Assembly: GCA_963514005.1 (NCBI GenBank)
Contig: OY740783.1
Location: 30,876,001-30,940,000, forward strand
DNA: 64,000 nucleotides
Source of the DNA: Raja brachyura
Taxonomy: Eukaryota
Direction: 5' to 3'
The position numbers and the translations under genes were made by a program. The notes beneath the pieces were generated by a model, which saw nothing but the letters and a program-made list of their open reading frames with translations, had not been told where the DNA came from and did not search any database. Numbering within the stretch: position 1 is the first letter of the stretch; each line of letters opens with the position of its first letter. Below, in pieces: positions 13,286 to 27,160 of this stretch.

Positions 13286-14063
13286 ATATAGACACAAAAA
13301 GCTGGAGTAACTCAACAGGACAAGCAGCATCTATGGTGAGAAGGAATGGTTCTTCAGACTGGTTAGGGAAATTAGAGATATAGACGGTGATGTGGAGAGA
13401 TAAAGAACAATGAATGAAAGATATGCAAAAAAGTAATGGTGATAAAGGAAACAGGCCATTGTAAGTTGTTTGTAGGGTGAAAATGAGAAGCTAGTGCAAC
13501 TTGGGTGGGGAGGGATGAGAGAGAGAGAATGCCAGGGCTACCTGAAGTGAGAGAAATCACTAATCATACCACTGGGCTGTAAGTTGCCCAAGCAAAACAT
13601 GAGATGCTGTTCCTCCAATTTGCGTTTAGCCTCACTCTGACAATGGAGGAGACATTGGACCGAAAGATCTGTTGAGGAATGGGAATGAGAATAAAAGTGT
13701 CCAGCAACCAGGAGATCAGGAAGGTTGAGGCTGACTGAGCGAAGGTGTTAAGCAGAACATTCCCTCTCTCTCTATCCCTCCCCAAGTCGCACTAGCTTCT
13801 CATTTTCACCCTACAAACAGCTAACAATGGTCTGTTTCCGTTATCATCGTCACTTTTTGCATATCTTTTATTCATTGTTCTTTACCTCTCCACATCACCG
13901 TCTATATCTCTCGTTTCCCTTATCCCTAACCAGTCTGAAGAAAGATCTCAACCCAAAATGTCACCCATTCCATCTCTCCAGAAATGCTGCCTGTCCCGCT
14001 GAGTTACTCCAGCTTTTTGTGTCCATCTTTGATTTAAACCAGCATCTGCAGTTCCTTCTTACA
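13286..14063 (-). mobile_element. Penelope-like 3' fragment with an inverted terminal repeat
   Basis: GIY-YIG C-terminal coding on the minus strand at ~13540-13755, flanked by ~250-bp inverted repeats (~13288-13531 vs ~13758-14030). Confidence 0.8.
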
Positions 14064-14224
14064 CATCCAACCTTCCCATTCAGTTGACCACCCCCCATTA
14101 TATCCAGGAATTCCAAGATGGCACCCAACACAGGCGACTATTTGCGTGGTAGCCACAGAAGCAGAGCTACAAACCCATATTACAATCACTCCACACGCTT
14201 AAATCTCTTTCCGTACAACAACAT

Positions 14225-14400
14225 TTCTTACTTTATTGGCTTTATCCTGCACTAAACGTTATTCCCTTATCATGTATCCATACACTGTAAATGGATCGAT
14301 TGTAATAATGTATTGTCGTTGTACTGACTGGTTAGCACACAACGAAAGCTTTTTACTGTACCTCAGTACACGTGACAATAAGCAAAACTGAAGCTGAAAC
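14225..14400 (+). mobile_element. LINE 3'-UTR fragment (Rex1/L2-like tail), related to 80-205 and 40680-40858
   Basis: Shared ...ttttcactgtacctcggtacacgtgacaataaa-(AAACT)n-type tail in all three copies. Confidence 0.55.
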
Positions 14401-14767
14401 AGTGTGATGCCTTCACTTTTCCCCTATTGTGTAGGCAAGTGGTAGAATCTGGAAAAAGTTGAAGCATAAATGGGTCCTTAATGTTTGGAGTCAACTCAGT
14501 GGCTCACAGATTTCCTCCCACTTGCCACTATGGCTATGGCACCCTTGATCTGTTACCATTAAACGCGTTATATAAATGAAATTCTTGTGCTTTGAAACAG
14601 CCCAGCATGAAAAAATAGAAATAGAAAAAATGAGCTGCAACTTTACACGAAAGAACACAATGCTGGAGTAACTTTACTCTAAATGTTAGAAGGATGAAAA
14701 GCAAGGAAAGAGTTGAAGATCGCCATGTAGAGGTAGGGTTAGGTTTATTAATTTAGCTCATTAAAAA

Positions 14768-15294
14768 TCTATCTATTTATTATATAACTAAAACTCTGAT
14801 TTTTATCTTCTGGTTTGGGCGGTTTTTCTGTTTGCGCAAAAACGGTACACGATAGTGCTACGATTTTTCACCACCTTACTCACCATTCTCCTGTGCTGCA
14901 AGTGGAACAAACTTTGTTCCGATCGATGGTATATTTTTTAAGTTATTAAAACTTTAAAATGTTTTTAAAAAATGCGCATGCGCAGATTGGTCTATTTTCC
15001 TGTCATTCACCGCCAAGCAGATTGCTCTCTTCTCCTGTCAGTCACCACCACGTCCAGGACGGTGACACCCCTTCCTGCACCATCACCGCACAGATTGGCC
15101 GCGTCCGCTGTCATTCACCGGGGAGGGGGAGAACCGCGAAAGTCTCCCCGGCCTGTGGCATTTGACCGCGGCGCTGAGGCTGGATCGAGGTCTGGGGTCA
15201 GCGCAGTTCTGGCCCTGCTTTGCGGGAGCGGGTTGGGGAATGGGTTGCATTGGGGGACCAGGCCTCCTGTGTGACAGGGACCCATTTAGTCTAG
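14768..15294 (+). mobile_element. Non-autonomous Helitron-like element
   Basis: 5' a|TCTAT..., 3' ...CTAG|t (15291-15294), with a subterminal hairpin cctgt-gtg-acagg. The 5' part matches 44388-44590. Confidence 0.65.
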
Positions 15295-17214
15295 TTAGAA
15301 ATTATACTGCAGATGCTGAAAATCAGAATAGAAATAGAAAATCTAACAAAACACAACAGATGGGCAGAAATACAGGACAAAGTTTTGCATCAACGAATCA
15401 TCGGTCTAAATGTTAAATCTTCACTTTCTGCCTGGCCTGCTATGGAGTACCAGTATTTTCTGTTTTCATTTAAGGATAAACTGGTGAAACCATGATCCAA
15501 TGTACTGCTTCCCTCTGGGTAATATATATTAATTTAATCAATGTTATAAAAATCTGTCTCCATAGATAGATTAAACTGATTGCTGGCCATTTTCAGATAT
15601 ATCCACAAAAACTGGTCCCCACATTTTTTAAGCATCATGGCATTTTTTACTTTTTTTCCATTAGGAGTTAAAATAAACTTTAATGCTCAACAAGTTTTTT
15701 GCTATAATCATTAAGAACATTTATATTTCTCATTGAGATCTTCAAATTTTCCAACCAAAAAGGGTAAATACCAGTGCGTAAGAAAATAAATTGAATCTGG
15801 GTTAAAATATTCATTGATAATTTGTGTGATACAAACTGGGAGCTGCAAAACTGAGATGCTTCTGTGCCATCAACAACAGGAGAGTACAATTACAATGTGA
15901 TAAGTTTACATAGCCAGTTTTCATTATAAATGATAATATAGGGATTTATCATAGAACACACTAACTGAAGGGTTGACAAACAATGTCCACCTATGGATCA
16001 TATTTAGCATTACTGGAATAAGTCGTATATTTCCAAGCTTGGCCTTGGAAGTCAAGTAACATGCTACAATTAAATTGTAGTAGGAAGATTTGGTTTAGAT
16101 GCTATGAAGTTCAAAATAATCCTCTTGCCGTTAAGAACTATTCATTATAGAAAGAGTACAATTTACCTTTCACAGTGTGTTGAAATTTTCAGATTAAAAC
16201 AACAGAACAAAAAAAAACACAGAATACACAGAGATGTCACCATTTTTGCAATTAGCCATTCAACCTGGGCAAGAAAGTTCATGTCAGTTTGCAATGCTGT
16301 CAAAGTATCCTCATTGCATGGATGATCTTGAAAAGAACGACATTTATGTCAATTTGAGCATTCATCTTTCACATCATTTACGGGACTGTGAGAAATTCCA
16401 GCCATCAGTTGGTACTCTGAATGAAGAAGAAAAACAAAAAGAGAAGCGGACCTTAAACACAGTGCAAAATAAATCCAGAGTGGTTTATTGACAAAAAGAA
16501 AGCAGTTGCAGACATATCAGAACTTCACCTCAATTCAATCTATTACAGCCATAAATGGGGCAGCAGAGAGAAAGAGGAGAAGCCTACCTGATCCCCGGCT
16601 TACTTAACTTCTCTTGCAGCCAATGCACTCCTCCAAGACTCTTCCGACTTAAGGTCACAAAATACTTCAGAGGTAAGATGATCAACAGAGATAACAGTTG
16701 ATTTGGATTTTCACTGCCTGCAATCAAAATTGTGGCGCATAAACATGATTTCTGAGAATATTACCAGCACAACAGGGATGACATTGGGATCTTGGGAAGT
16801 TGTCTTTCCAGAAACATTTACTAAATTATTAAAAGTGTCTAAAATGTGCGCCCAGCCCCCAGCAGAACTTAGAACAAGGCAGCAGCTGGAAAATTATGTC
16901 AAGATCAGACCATCTCTAGTCTCCAGTAACGGCCATGGCAGAGTTAGTAATATCAACAGTAAATTTAATTTACCTGGGTAGAAAGCCAGGCCACTGCCTG
17001 CCAATTGCCTGCTACAATCAACTTGTACATGTCCACCAGCAATAGGATATTTACCCAAGTAACTTATATCGATCCCGGCTCTTTTAGATCCCTGTTTTGG
17101 CCATCATGGTTCAGAAATTTTAAAAAGCAATATCCACTTTTGGGAACTGCAGGTCATTGTCTGGACAGGATGACACTGATGGAGCCCACATATTTATTTC
17201 AAGGATCATGTTAT

Positions 17215-17940
17215 TCTCATAATCATTATCATACTTTATTAGCCAAGTATGTTTTGCAACATACGAGGAATTTGATTTGCCACACAGCCACACCAATAAA
17301 AAGCAACAAAACACCCAAAATATATTTTAACATAAACATCCACCACAGTGACTCCTCCACATTCTTTACTGTGATGGAAGGCGAAAAATAGTTCAACCTC
17401 TTCCTCCTTTGGCCTCCAGTGGTCGGGGGCCTCTAAATTTCCGTTGACGGGACGATCTTACTCCCGTAGCTGGCGGCGAGCCCTCCTCATCAGGGCTATC
17501 AAGCTCCTGCATCTGGGGGGGGGGGGGGGGGAATCTCAGCTCCCCACGCCGGGCGATCTACCTCGGGTTGGTGCTAGTCGAACATTGTCCGGCTTTTGGA
17601 GCTTCCCAACGTCGGTCTCAACCCAAGACTGCGAGCCCTTGATGTTAAAGTCCACAGGCCACGGTTGAAGCGTTGATCCCAGGCAAGGAATCGGCTCCAA
17701 TGGTAAGTCCACGCCCAAAGTCAGTCCCAAGCAAGGCCTCGAGCTCCATGATGTTAGGCGGCAGAGCGACCGGAGATACGATACAGAAAACAATCGCATC
17801 TCTGACAATGTAAGAGATTGAATGAGGGTGGATATTTCCCCCCACCCCACCCCCCCCCCCCCCCCCACATAAAACTAACCAGAGAACATTAACACATACT
17901 TTTTAAACACACTAAAAATAACCCAAAAAAAGACAAATAG
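17215..17940 (-). mobile_element. Unclassified non-autonomous retroelement
   Basis: The left end is the reverse complement of the 3' tail seen at ~6090-6157 (cttggctaataaagtatgatt, (ATGATT)n). GC-rich body with poly-G and poly-C tracts. Confidence 0.45.
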
Positions 17941-17959
17941 AAGGACTTCTATTATCCAA

Positions 17960-18220
17960 GGTCAAAACACAAAGTGCTGAAGTAACTCAGGGGATCAGAC
18001 AGCACCTGTAGAGGGAATGGACAGGTAACATATCGGGTTGGGGGCCTTCTTCAGGCTCTTACCCAAGGTCTTTACTGGGCCATAGGAATATACACTTTAA
18101 GGTAGAAAGGAACTACCAATCTGTCTGAAAAAGGATCCCGACCCAAAGCGTTGCCAATCCATTTTCTCCAGAGATGCTGCCTGACCTGCTGAGTTACTCC
18201 AGTAATTTGTGTTTTTTCTT
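17960..18220. mobile_element. Degenerate fold-back Penelope terminal-repeat copy
   Basis: acacaaagtgctgaagtaactcag... inverted against ...ctgagttactccagtaatttgtg. Decayed hammerhead remnants on both strands. Confidence 0.6.
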
Positions 18221-20167
18221 AGCTATGACCCCTTGGTGACATTTGCACTCTGAGACATGGTCAAAGAATCCACTATATTTAGGAAAGGCTAAAAAAATCC
18301 TGTAGTTGGTGAATTGCCTCCCAACCAATCTTCCATTGTGATCTGCAATCCCCCAATGTGCTTACAGTAATTATCCATCAGATATTTGAAACGGTAACAC
18401 TCTATCTTTCTAGAATGCTCTTTAAGGAGACTGTGTGAGAAACAGGGGGCTTGATCACAATAATGAGGAACATCCCTTTATTGGTTTAGACAAACAGGTT
18501 GACCAAGGACAAAGCTGCATGGTACATCTTAGCTGCCTGATATGTTCCCCACTAGGGTACAATCTTCCTGTATATATCAAGGACAAAGTACATTTTGTAC
18601 TAATAGTCATGTTTTTTGAAAGAGAATAACTTTATTCCTGATCGAAAGAGGACGTGTTTTTCAAAAATATATAAACGTTGTCCCAATCTTGCTGCATTTT
18701 TGTAAATATCATGTATTCTTTCCATAAAATGTGGATCCAGGAATTGAAATATGTTTTTTTTTCCTGAAAACATAATACTATAAAAATAATTGTCAATGCA
18801 GCTATTTTATTGTTTAATTTAATTAACTGTAAAGATTTAATAGACTAAATTAACAGAGCATCTTTACTCTAATTAATTTAAGTATTTAATTTTAAGGTTA
18901 AATCAAATTCTTTATAGATTTGAAATAGCAAAATTCAAAACTGTTTGTTTATTATTTGTAAAATCAAACTATTATTATCCAGAAAAGTAAGTTAGCATTG
19001 ATTTTCTTTGCAATTTATGAACATTCGATATGAAATTGGTTAATAACAATGAAAAGGAACATCAGACGTTGTATAAAAATGGAGTTAATTTACTTTGAGA
19101 CTGTTTTGCTCTGGTGGCATTGACAGATTTTACTCTCTTCGCTGTTTCATCCCCTTCCATGTGTGCACATTTCAATGGTAAGAAAAACCACATAGCATCT
19201 GAAATTTATTCATTAACAAATCCCCTTAGTTGAGTTTCAGTCACAGAGTTTATCTTGCTCACTCTAAGAAAGTTTAACCTACTCAACATTAAACTTAAAT
19301 TAGAAATGGAAACCTTCCAAGTGATCCAGTTATAGCTAACTATTTTTGTCAAAACCCTAGAAATCACAGCTACAAACATGTAAACATTTGGAAATGCTTA
19401 GTTACAGCTCGATAGGTATTTCAAAGCTCCATAAAATCCTTGAACAAACAAAACTTGATTCTTGTCCATGTTTTTAAAATGTATTTTTGTTTTCTTCTGA
19501 TCTTTTTGGTTTTCCCCAGTGCCTTGACATGAACGAAAGAACAACGATATGAATATTTTCTCTCTCAATAGCATGAGGTGCACAAAAATATCTAGGTGAT
19601 ATTTCTTTCTCCTTGTGGGAAATCACCACACTGCTTATTCTTTTAACTCACTGTCAGCATAGTTGGGATCATAAACTCATCTGTGCGACACATGATCCTA
19701 CGGTTCATTTACTCTGAATTTTGACAAAAATAGTTACCGTAGCTGTGACTGGCTCACTTGGATACTTCCTGTTTAGCTACACAATATAAAATCAGACAAA
19801 AGAACATTCATAAACTTGAATTTTTACATGTTTTTGATGCTGCATTACCTCAGTTGTTCCAAATAATTTGTATTTTTTTAAAACGTAACCCTATATTTTA
19901 CATAAATATTGAATGTTTCAGTGCAATGCATATAATGTAGTTTGCTTGTGGAGCTTAAGTATAATATTTCAGCAAATATTGCTATCAAATAAATAATTTG
20001 TGACAATGAAGATGGAAAACTGATGCTTGGAGCATTTGTCTTACTTTATGGCAGGTCACAAAATGTTTCAAGTGGAGGATAAACATTCCATGAACAAACG
20101 TACTTATTCTATCATAAATGACAATAGTCCTTTGTGAACGCACATGCCATCTACTTTCAACTATGTT

Positions 20168-20472
20168 TTTTAGTTTTAGTTTCGGAGATACAGCATGGAA
20201 ACAGGTTCATCGGCCCATTGAGTCCATCCAGACCAGTGATTACTCATACTAGTTCTATCCACTAATTCTATCCTATACACTCGGGACGATTTACAGAAGC
20301 CAATTGAATACCAACCTACAGGTCTTTGGAACGTGGGAGGAAACTAGTGAACCCAGAGAAAACCCAAGTGGTCACAGGGAAAAGGTACAAACTCCGTACA
20401 GACAACACCCATGGACAGGATCGAATTCGGGTCTCTGGCGCCGTAAGGCAGCAACTATTCCACTGCGCCATT
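20168..20472 (-). mobile_element. HE1-like V-SINE
   Basis: (TTTTAG) tail, V-domain and tRNA head in reverse complement. Confidence 0.8.
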
Positions 20473-20475
20473 ATG

Positions 20476-21088
20476 CTTAAGGATGAACTGCAGATGCTGG
20501 TTAATTCGAAGGTGGACAAAAAATGCTGGAGTAACTCAGCAGGTGGGGCAGCATCTATGGAGAGAAGGAATTGGCAATGTTTCAGGTCGTGACCCTTCGT
20601 CAGACCGATGTCAGGGGAGGGGGCGGGACAAATAAAGAATGTACGCGGAGACAGTAGGACTAGTGGGAGAACTGGGAAGGGGGAGGGGATGGAGAGAGAA
20701 AGCAGGGGATACCTAAAGTTAGAGAAATCAATGTTCATTCCGCTGGGATGTAAACTACCCCAGCGAAATATGAGGTGCTGTTCCTCCAATTTATGTTGGG
20801 CCTCACTCTGACAATGGAGGAGGCCCAGGACAGAAAGGTCAGATTGGGAATGGGAGGGGGAGTTGAAGTTCTGGGCCACCGGGAGATCAGGTTGGTTATT
20901 GCGAACCGAGCGGAGGTGTTGGGCGAAACGATCGCGAAGCCTACGCTTGGTCTCACCGATGCAGACTGAGCTTGGTTAATGCGGACTGAACGGAGGGACT
21001 TCTCTAAGTTCAGGTAGCCCCTGCTTTCTCGCTCAATCCCCTCCCCCTTCCCAATTCTCCCACTGGTGCCTCTGTCTACATTCTTTCT
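20476..21088 (-). mobile_element. Penelope-like 3' end (GIY-YIG endonuclease plus terminal repeat with hammerhead) with an inverted segment
   Basis: Minus strand encodes (C)IGETKRRLRDRFAQHLRSVRNNQPDLPVAQNFNSPSHSQSDLSVLGLLHCQSEAQHKLEEQHLIFRWGSLHPSGMNIDFSNFR. Hammerhead ggt-CTGACGA-agggtcacgacct-GAAA-cattgcc at ~20573-20606 (-). 20996-21085 is an inverted copy of ~20635-20730. Confidence 0.85.
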
Positions 21089-21094
21089 TTGTTG

Positions 21095-22609
21095 TGTCTC
21101 TAGAAATCGTGGATGCATTGGTGATCATTTTCCAATGTTCTATAGATTCAGGATCAGTTCCTGTGGATTGGAGGGCAGCTAATGTTATCCCACTTTTAAA
21201 GAAAGGCGGGAGAGAGAAAACAGGGAATTATACACCAGTTAGCCTGACATCGGTGGTGGGGAAGATGCTGGAGTCAATCATAAAAGATGCAATAGCGGCA
21301 CGTTTGGATAGCAGTAATAGGATCGGAGCGAGTCAGCATGGATTTACGAAGGGGAAGTCATGCTTGACTAATCTTCTGGAATTTTTTGAGGATGTAACTA
21401 GGAAAATGGACAAGGGGGAGCCAGTGGATGTAGTGTACCTGGACTTTCAGAAAGCATTTGATAAGGTCCCACATAGGAGATTAGTGGGCAATATTAGGGC
21501 ACATGGTATTGAGGTGCTGACATGGATAGCAAATTGGTTGGCAGACAGGAAACAAAGTAAGGATTAACAGGTCCCTTTCAGAATGACAGGCAGTGACCAG
21601 TGGGGTACCTCAAGACTCGATGCTGGGACTGCAGCTATTTACAATATACATCAATGATTTAGATGTAGGGATTCGAAGGAACATTAGCAAATTTGCAGAT
21701 GACACAAAGCTGGGTGGCAGTGTGAACTGTGAGGAGGATGCTATCAGAATGCAGGGTGAATTGGGCAGGTTGCATGAGTGGGCAGATGCATAGCAGATGC
21801 TGTTTAATGTGGATAAATGTGAGGTTATCCACTTTGGTAGCAAAAACAGAAAGGCAGATTATTATCTAAATTGTGTCAAGTTGGGAAAAGGGGATGTGCA
21901 AGGGGATCTCGGGGGTCCTTGATCACCAGACAATGAAAGTAAGCATGCAGTTGCAGCAGGCAGTGAAGAAAGCGAGTGGCATGTTGGCCTTCATAACAAG
22001 AGGAGTATAGGAGCAAAGAGGTCCTTGCAGTTGTACAGGGCCCTAGTGAGACCACACCTGGAGTATTGTGTGCAGTTTTGGTCCCCTAATTTGAGGAAGG
22101 ACATTCTTGCTATTGAGGGAGTGTAGCATAGGTTTACAAGGTTACATGGGATGGTGGGACTGTCATATGCTGAGAGAATGGAGTGGCTGGGCTTGTATAA
22201 TCTGGAATTTAGAAGGAGATCTTATTGAAACATATAAGATTATAAAGTGTTTGGACATGCTAGAGGCAGGAAACATGTTCCCGATGTTGGGGGAGTCCAG
22301 AACCAGGGGCCACATTTTAAGAATAAGGGGTAAGCCATTTAGAACGGAGATGAGGAAACACTTTTTCACACAGAGAGTTGTGAGTCTGTGGAATTCTCTG
22401 CTTCAGAGGGCAGTGGAGGCTGGTTCTCTGGATACTTTCAAGAGAGAGCTAGATAGGGCTCTTAAAGATAGCGGAGTCAGGGGATATGGGGAGAAGGCAG
22501 GAACGGGGTACTGATTGGGGATGATCAGCCATGATCACAGTGAATGGCGGTACTGGCTCGAAGGGCCGAATGGCGTACTCCTGCACCTATTGTCTATTGT
22601 CTATTGTCT
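21095..22609 (+). mobile_element. 5'-truncated CR1 LINE, RT pseudogene
   Basis: YTPVSLTSVVGKMLESII, QHGFTKGKSCLTNLLEFFEDVT, YLDFQKAFDKVPH, GVPQ, FADDTKLGG. Frameshifts and stops present. (CTATTGT)n tail. Confidence 0.93.
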
Positions 22610-25600
22610 AAAACAGAGGGGTGAAGGTTGGAAAACTGAGGAAATAGTGAGGGAGAAGGAAAATGGAAAGAAGATATTGTGGAGAAGAGCGTGGGAAAAA
22701 TAAATTAATAACTCAGTTTAATAGGTCCTTGTCATTATGTGGGCACCCCATGTCAATCATCACAAATCACAGTGTTGGATTCAGGGATGCTGCGATATTT
22801 ATCATTGTTACAAGACACAGCTCATCAAAATCAGCATTGAGGGTCAATGAAAACAATGTCGATGTCTCAAGGGGGTCCCTTTAAGTCAAATATAGTTCCA
22901 ACTTTCTACACGATAATCTCCTTGTTTGACTATGCATTAACAGAGGTTGGTTGTCATGACCTTTCAGTCCAATTTCAGCCAATAGGTTAGATATGCACAC
23001 AGCACATGTTAATGCTGTCATTATATGCACAAAATATGATGAGGATACGGCACCCACATTAGGATGAATCATTATAGAAAGTGTCTAATCCAATTTCTAA
23101 AGCAGCATTTCAATAGGAAATGAGTGCGGACACTTCAAAATATGCACATGCTAATTTTGCACAATTTTGCATTAAAAATTACATATTTTTTACCTAATCC
23201 ATGACTGTCTGGAATGCAGAAAAATCATGAAAGATTTCCCCTTCAATTTTAAGTATGAAATAAACACACATAAAATCATTGGGTACAAAATCTTGTGCTC
23301 CGTGAGGATTGAATTAAAGCCTATAATTTAATGTCGGTTGCTGTTGTAGGTGATTTATGATATCAGCTAAACTGGCTAAATTAGATCATAACTAAGATCA
23401 CAATTGTGGCTAGATCCATGGGATATGATCTCCAGGTAAAAAATACTGAAAACCTTGTGATAAAGTGAAAATTAACTTGTTCAGTCGTCATAAACCAATA
23501 GTCCTAATTAATAATGAAGAGATTCACTGTATGCGATCCCCAAACCATTAATTAAAGAAAAATCCCCAAATCCCATGTGATAAAGCATTATTCAGTACTG
23601 TAAACTAGTGGTCTTGATTATATCACTGCAACTCGCTGCATGGTGTCCATTACTCTGTAGGGGTAGTTTTACAAGTGTGTGCTGCCAGCAGGAAGTCTTG
23701 CCTGCCAGCAACACATACTGGAAATTCATGACCAGTTTTCTCTTTACTGCGAAGCAAACAAGTGTTTTAGTTTAGATTGCAACATGTTTGCATTTAAAAA
23801 AAAATAATACACTGATACATTGTCAATATTGTTTTAATCTTTGTTTTTCAGAGATATAATAAAGAAAGGTGCCAGTCCAAAACTATGTCAAATGGATCTT
23901 TTCCAATTTAGTCCTAGTATCTTTCTTCAAAAAAAGCATGTTGATACAATACTAAGTCCAAATCTGGAGTACAGCCCGTTAAGTGTGCAAAAGGGAAGGC
24001 CTTGGACAATCGCTCACCTCTCACCTCTGACCTGTGACTCTGGCACCCAATTTGTTTTGAGCTGGAAAGCTGGAAAAGCGATGGCTGGCTGTCCTGTGCA
24101 CGAACAGGCAATTTATTCTTCAGGAACAGCTTGGAGAGAGATATCCAGTTCACCTGACCCCGTGTTGTTACAGAAACATCTGAACCCAAACTCATCTAAA
24201 ACTCAATCTAAATTACCATTGATTTTGTAGATACCCAATTTCAAATTTTGCATTCTTTCCAAAACAGGTTACCACTTCCTTTTCTTATCAGTTTTGAATT
24301 AATACAATTAAATAAAATAAAAATGATATCACTGTTTTGTGCACTTTTAAACTTAGTGCACAATGTTTTTCCCAAAATTGATGATACAATTACTGATGTA
24401 CAATTACTGATTATATAAATTGTTAGCAGTACTGTTTTTCTCAAATAAATCTTCACTTCATATGGTTACTGACTATGGAAAAAGAACATGTTCAATGTTT
24501 AGTATTGTCACTTTCAAGTTGGAATGCTCTTACTTAGTAAGAAGAATATCTTGGCATTCAGATAACTAGGATACCATGAATGTGATTAGTAAACACACAT
24601 GTTTGTAAGTACAAAATGCCATCTGCAATCACATTTTGGAAACTCCTGAGTAAAAGGGGCTTGCTTCAAGGAGAGAATTTTAATAGAGCTTCATAATTAA
24701 CATATTTTTTGCAACAAGCTTTTACCTGGTGCCTGAAATACGGTGGGGATGCAGCAACTGATCTTTGGACCATTGCAGACAAAGAACAGCAGCAATGAAA
24801 AATAATGGAGATTTCTAAAATCCTAAAAAGTTAGAGGAATAAAATAAAATTATTCTTTTATATTAATTTCGGAATGCACATTTCAACTAGAACATACAAT
24901 AATCTTGGTCATCTGCACAGTTCCTTATAAACTATTAGTGCACACTAAATTGCATCTTCAGTGACAAGATTTTTAAAAATTGATCATCTTGGGCTAAAAG
25001 TGATCCAAACTTCAATAAGGTAGGTCTGCCATGAGACGGGTGAATACAGCATTTTATTTTATTAAATGAAAACCCAGACAGAGTGTAAGTTAGCCATTGC
25101 CAAACATGCATGATTTAACAAGTAGTAATGCAACAACTCTATACTGACACAACCCCAGATAGGAAAGAGCATGTTCTAGAAATAGTATGCCTGGGGTTGC
25201 CTTCGTTTCAAAGGATTTTTTTTTTTGCAGTGCAATGAATTAATGTTTAAATATGTGTATTTTGCGAAAACTAAGGCTTTAATTATATTTGGTTCTACTA
25301 TAAATAGGATTTCAGCAAACAAGTATTGCGAAGAATTACAACATGATCTGATTATTGTGAGATGAAACAAACCTGTTCTGTAACTCACTTTGCAGATGTC
25401 TAGTTAGTCAATCAAGTGATCTGTAATCACAAACCCTGTCAGAAAATGAGTGAATAATGGGCTGTGATAAAATGGTGGGATTTTCTGGTGTGCTTGTTCC
25501 ATGTGGTGAATGCCATCTGTAATTGTCAGGTCCTGTTGGCTTTGTTCTTTATTTGAGCAGGGAAGTTAAACCATGTACTATTCTCCTCATCCACGGAATC

Positions 25601-26696
25601 TGCGCACAAGGACAGAAGAGATTGTAATGAGGATTGAGTTAACCAAAATATAATAGGAAAGCATTTTGAAATAATGTTAAGGGATAAATTCTATCTTTGC
25701 CGCATGGGCATTAATCTAGCAAAGCTTTGGAATGGAAATCAGATGTGCAATATAACAGACAGACTGTTATATTGTCTGCTCTGCTGCATTGCTGTCCATG
25801 TGGCAAAAAGTGAAAACCTACTCTAAAAGTTTCAACACAGCTAAACTAAATTATCACTAAAACTTTGCTGAACTGCACTCTGTCGAATAGTCCATTAGCT
25901 CTAGTTGTTGAAGGTTCAGCACCAAGTAAAGATTGACTTTTTAAATCGCATAGCTGTTAATCACTTGCACAGGCTGCACTACATTGGGGGAGTTTCGTTG
26001 GTATGGAACTGCTTCGATGATGTGCAGTTCAGAAATACATTTAGCCCAAAAATCCATGATGCATGGAGGGTACGTGTTGTGAGTGTTGAGATCTGCCTAT
26101 CATCGACCTTCACCGCTTACCCGCTTGGCCAAGTATTAATAGAATGTGCATGATGTTACTGGGAGGTTAATCAACTCCTCCTTCTTACTCTTTGGCAATG
26201 GTTTATGTATGCTCCTACTAAACTGCTGACAACAATATTATACATTATAAAAATAAAAATAAAAATATGTTGGTTTTCAAAGATCTCACGAATAGTCATG
26301 AACCTATAACGGAAATGCTTTATTGACTGAAATATGAAATTTATTCATCTTAAAATAGTTTGTTTAGAAACTGACCAATACATTCCATTCTGATTCAGCA
26401 AGAAATACAAAATATGTTGTAATATCTTTCATGGCCATATATTCCAAGCATTTACAGTTAAATATGTACTTCTGAACCTTTTGGGTCAATTTCCTTTCTG
26501 TAAATATGAGTGTAAAATACATTTTGGTCGACATCAATATTTGCAAAATTAGACACTATGTATAATCTACCAACCATTCAAGAAATTATTCCAGTTTAAT
26601 TTTTCCTTAAATGAAAGAGAGGAAAGTAGTGAGCTCGATGAACACACAATCCTATATCTTACAGCATTGTAGTGTGTTAGTCCATTAGTCTATTTA

Positions 26697-26996
26697 GGAT
26701 GGCACAGTGGTGCAGCGGTAGAGTTGATGCCTTACAGTACAAGAGACCTAGGATTATTCCTGACTACAGGTGCTGTCCGTACGGAGTCTTACATTCTTCC
26801 TGCGACCCCGTAAGTTTTCTCTGAGGGTTCAGTTACCCCCAACATTCTAAAGACTTGTTGAATTGTAGGTTAATTTGCTTCTGTAAATTGTCCCTAGTGT
26901 GTGTAGGATAGTGCTAGTGTACGGGTGATCACTAGTCGGCGTGGACTCAGTGGGCCAAAGGGCTGTTTCTATGCTAAACTAAACTAAACTAAACTA
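26697..26996 (+). mobile_element. HE1-like V-SINE
   Basis: tRNA head ggcacagtggtgcagcggtagag, V-domain and (AAACT)n tail. Confidence 0.82.
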
Positions 26997-27125
26997 CCTC
27001 AACAAGTGCAACTGAAAATGATGAAAAGCAAAATTAAAAAAAAATAAAACAGGTATGTTCTATGGTTACACAAAAAGCTGGAGAAACTCAGCGGGTGCAG
27101 CAGCATCTAAGGAGCGAAGGAGATA

Positions 27126-27160
27126 GGCAACGTTTCGGGTCGAGACCCTTCTTCAGACTG
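27126..27160 (-). ncRNA. Minimal type I hammerhead ribozyme motif, opposite-strand copy
   Basis: The minus strand reads cagt-CTGAAGA-A-GGGTCTCGACCC-GAAA-C-GTT-gcc, with an intact core and a GUU triplet. Confidence 0.62.

Noticed and set aside
16230-16700. Possible RTE-like LINE remnant (PEWFIDKK...)
   Set aside because: The similarity is too weak to call without a search.
23841-24230. 129-aa ORF preceded by a good splice acceptor (AG at 23850-23851)
   Set aside because: No recognisable homology, no ATG start and no partner exons. It might be a non-coding exon, but I cannot support that.
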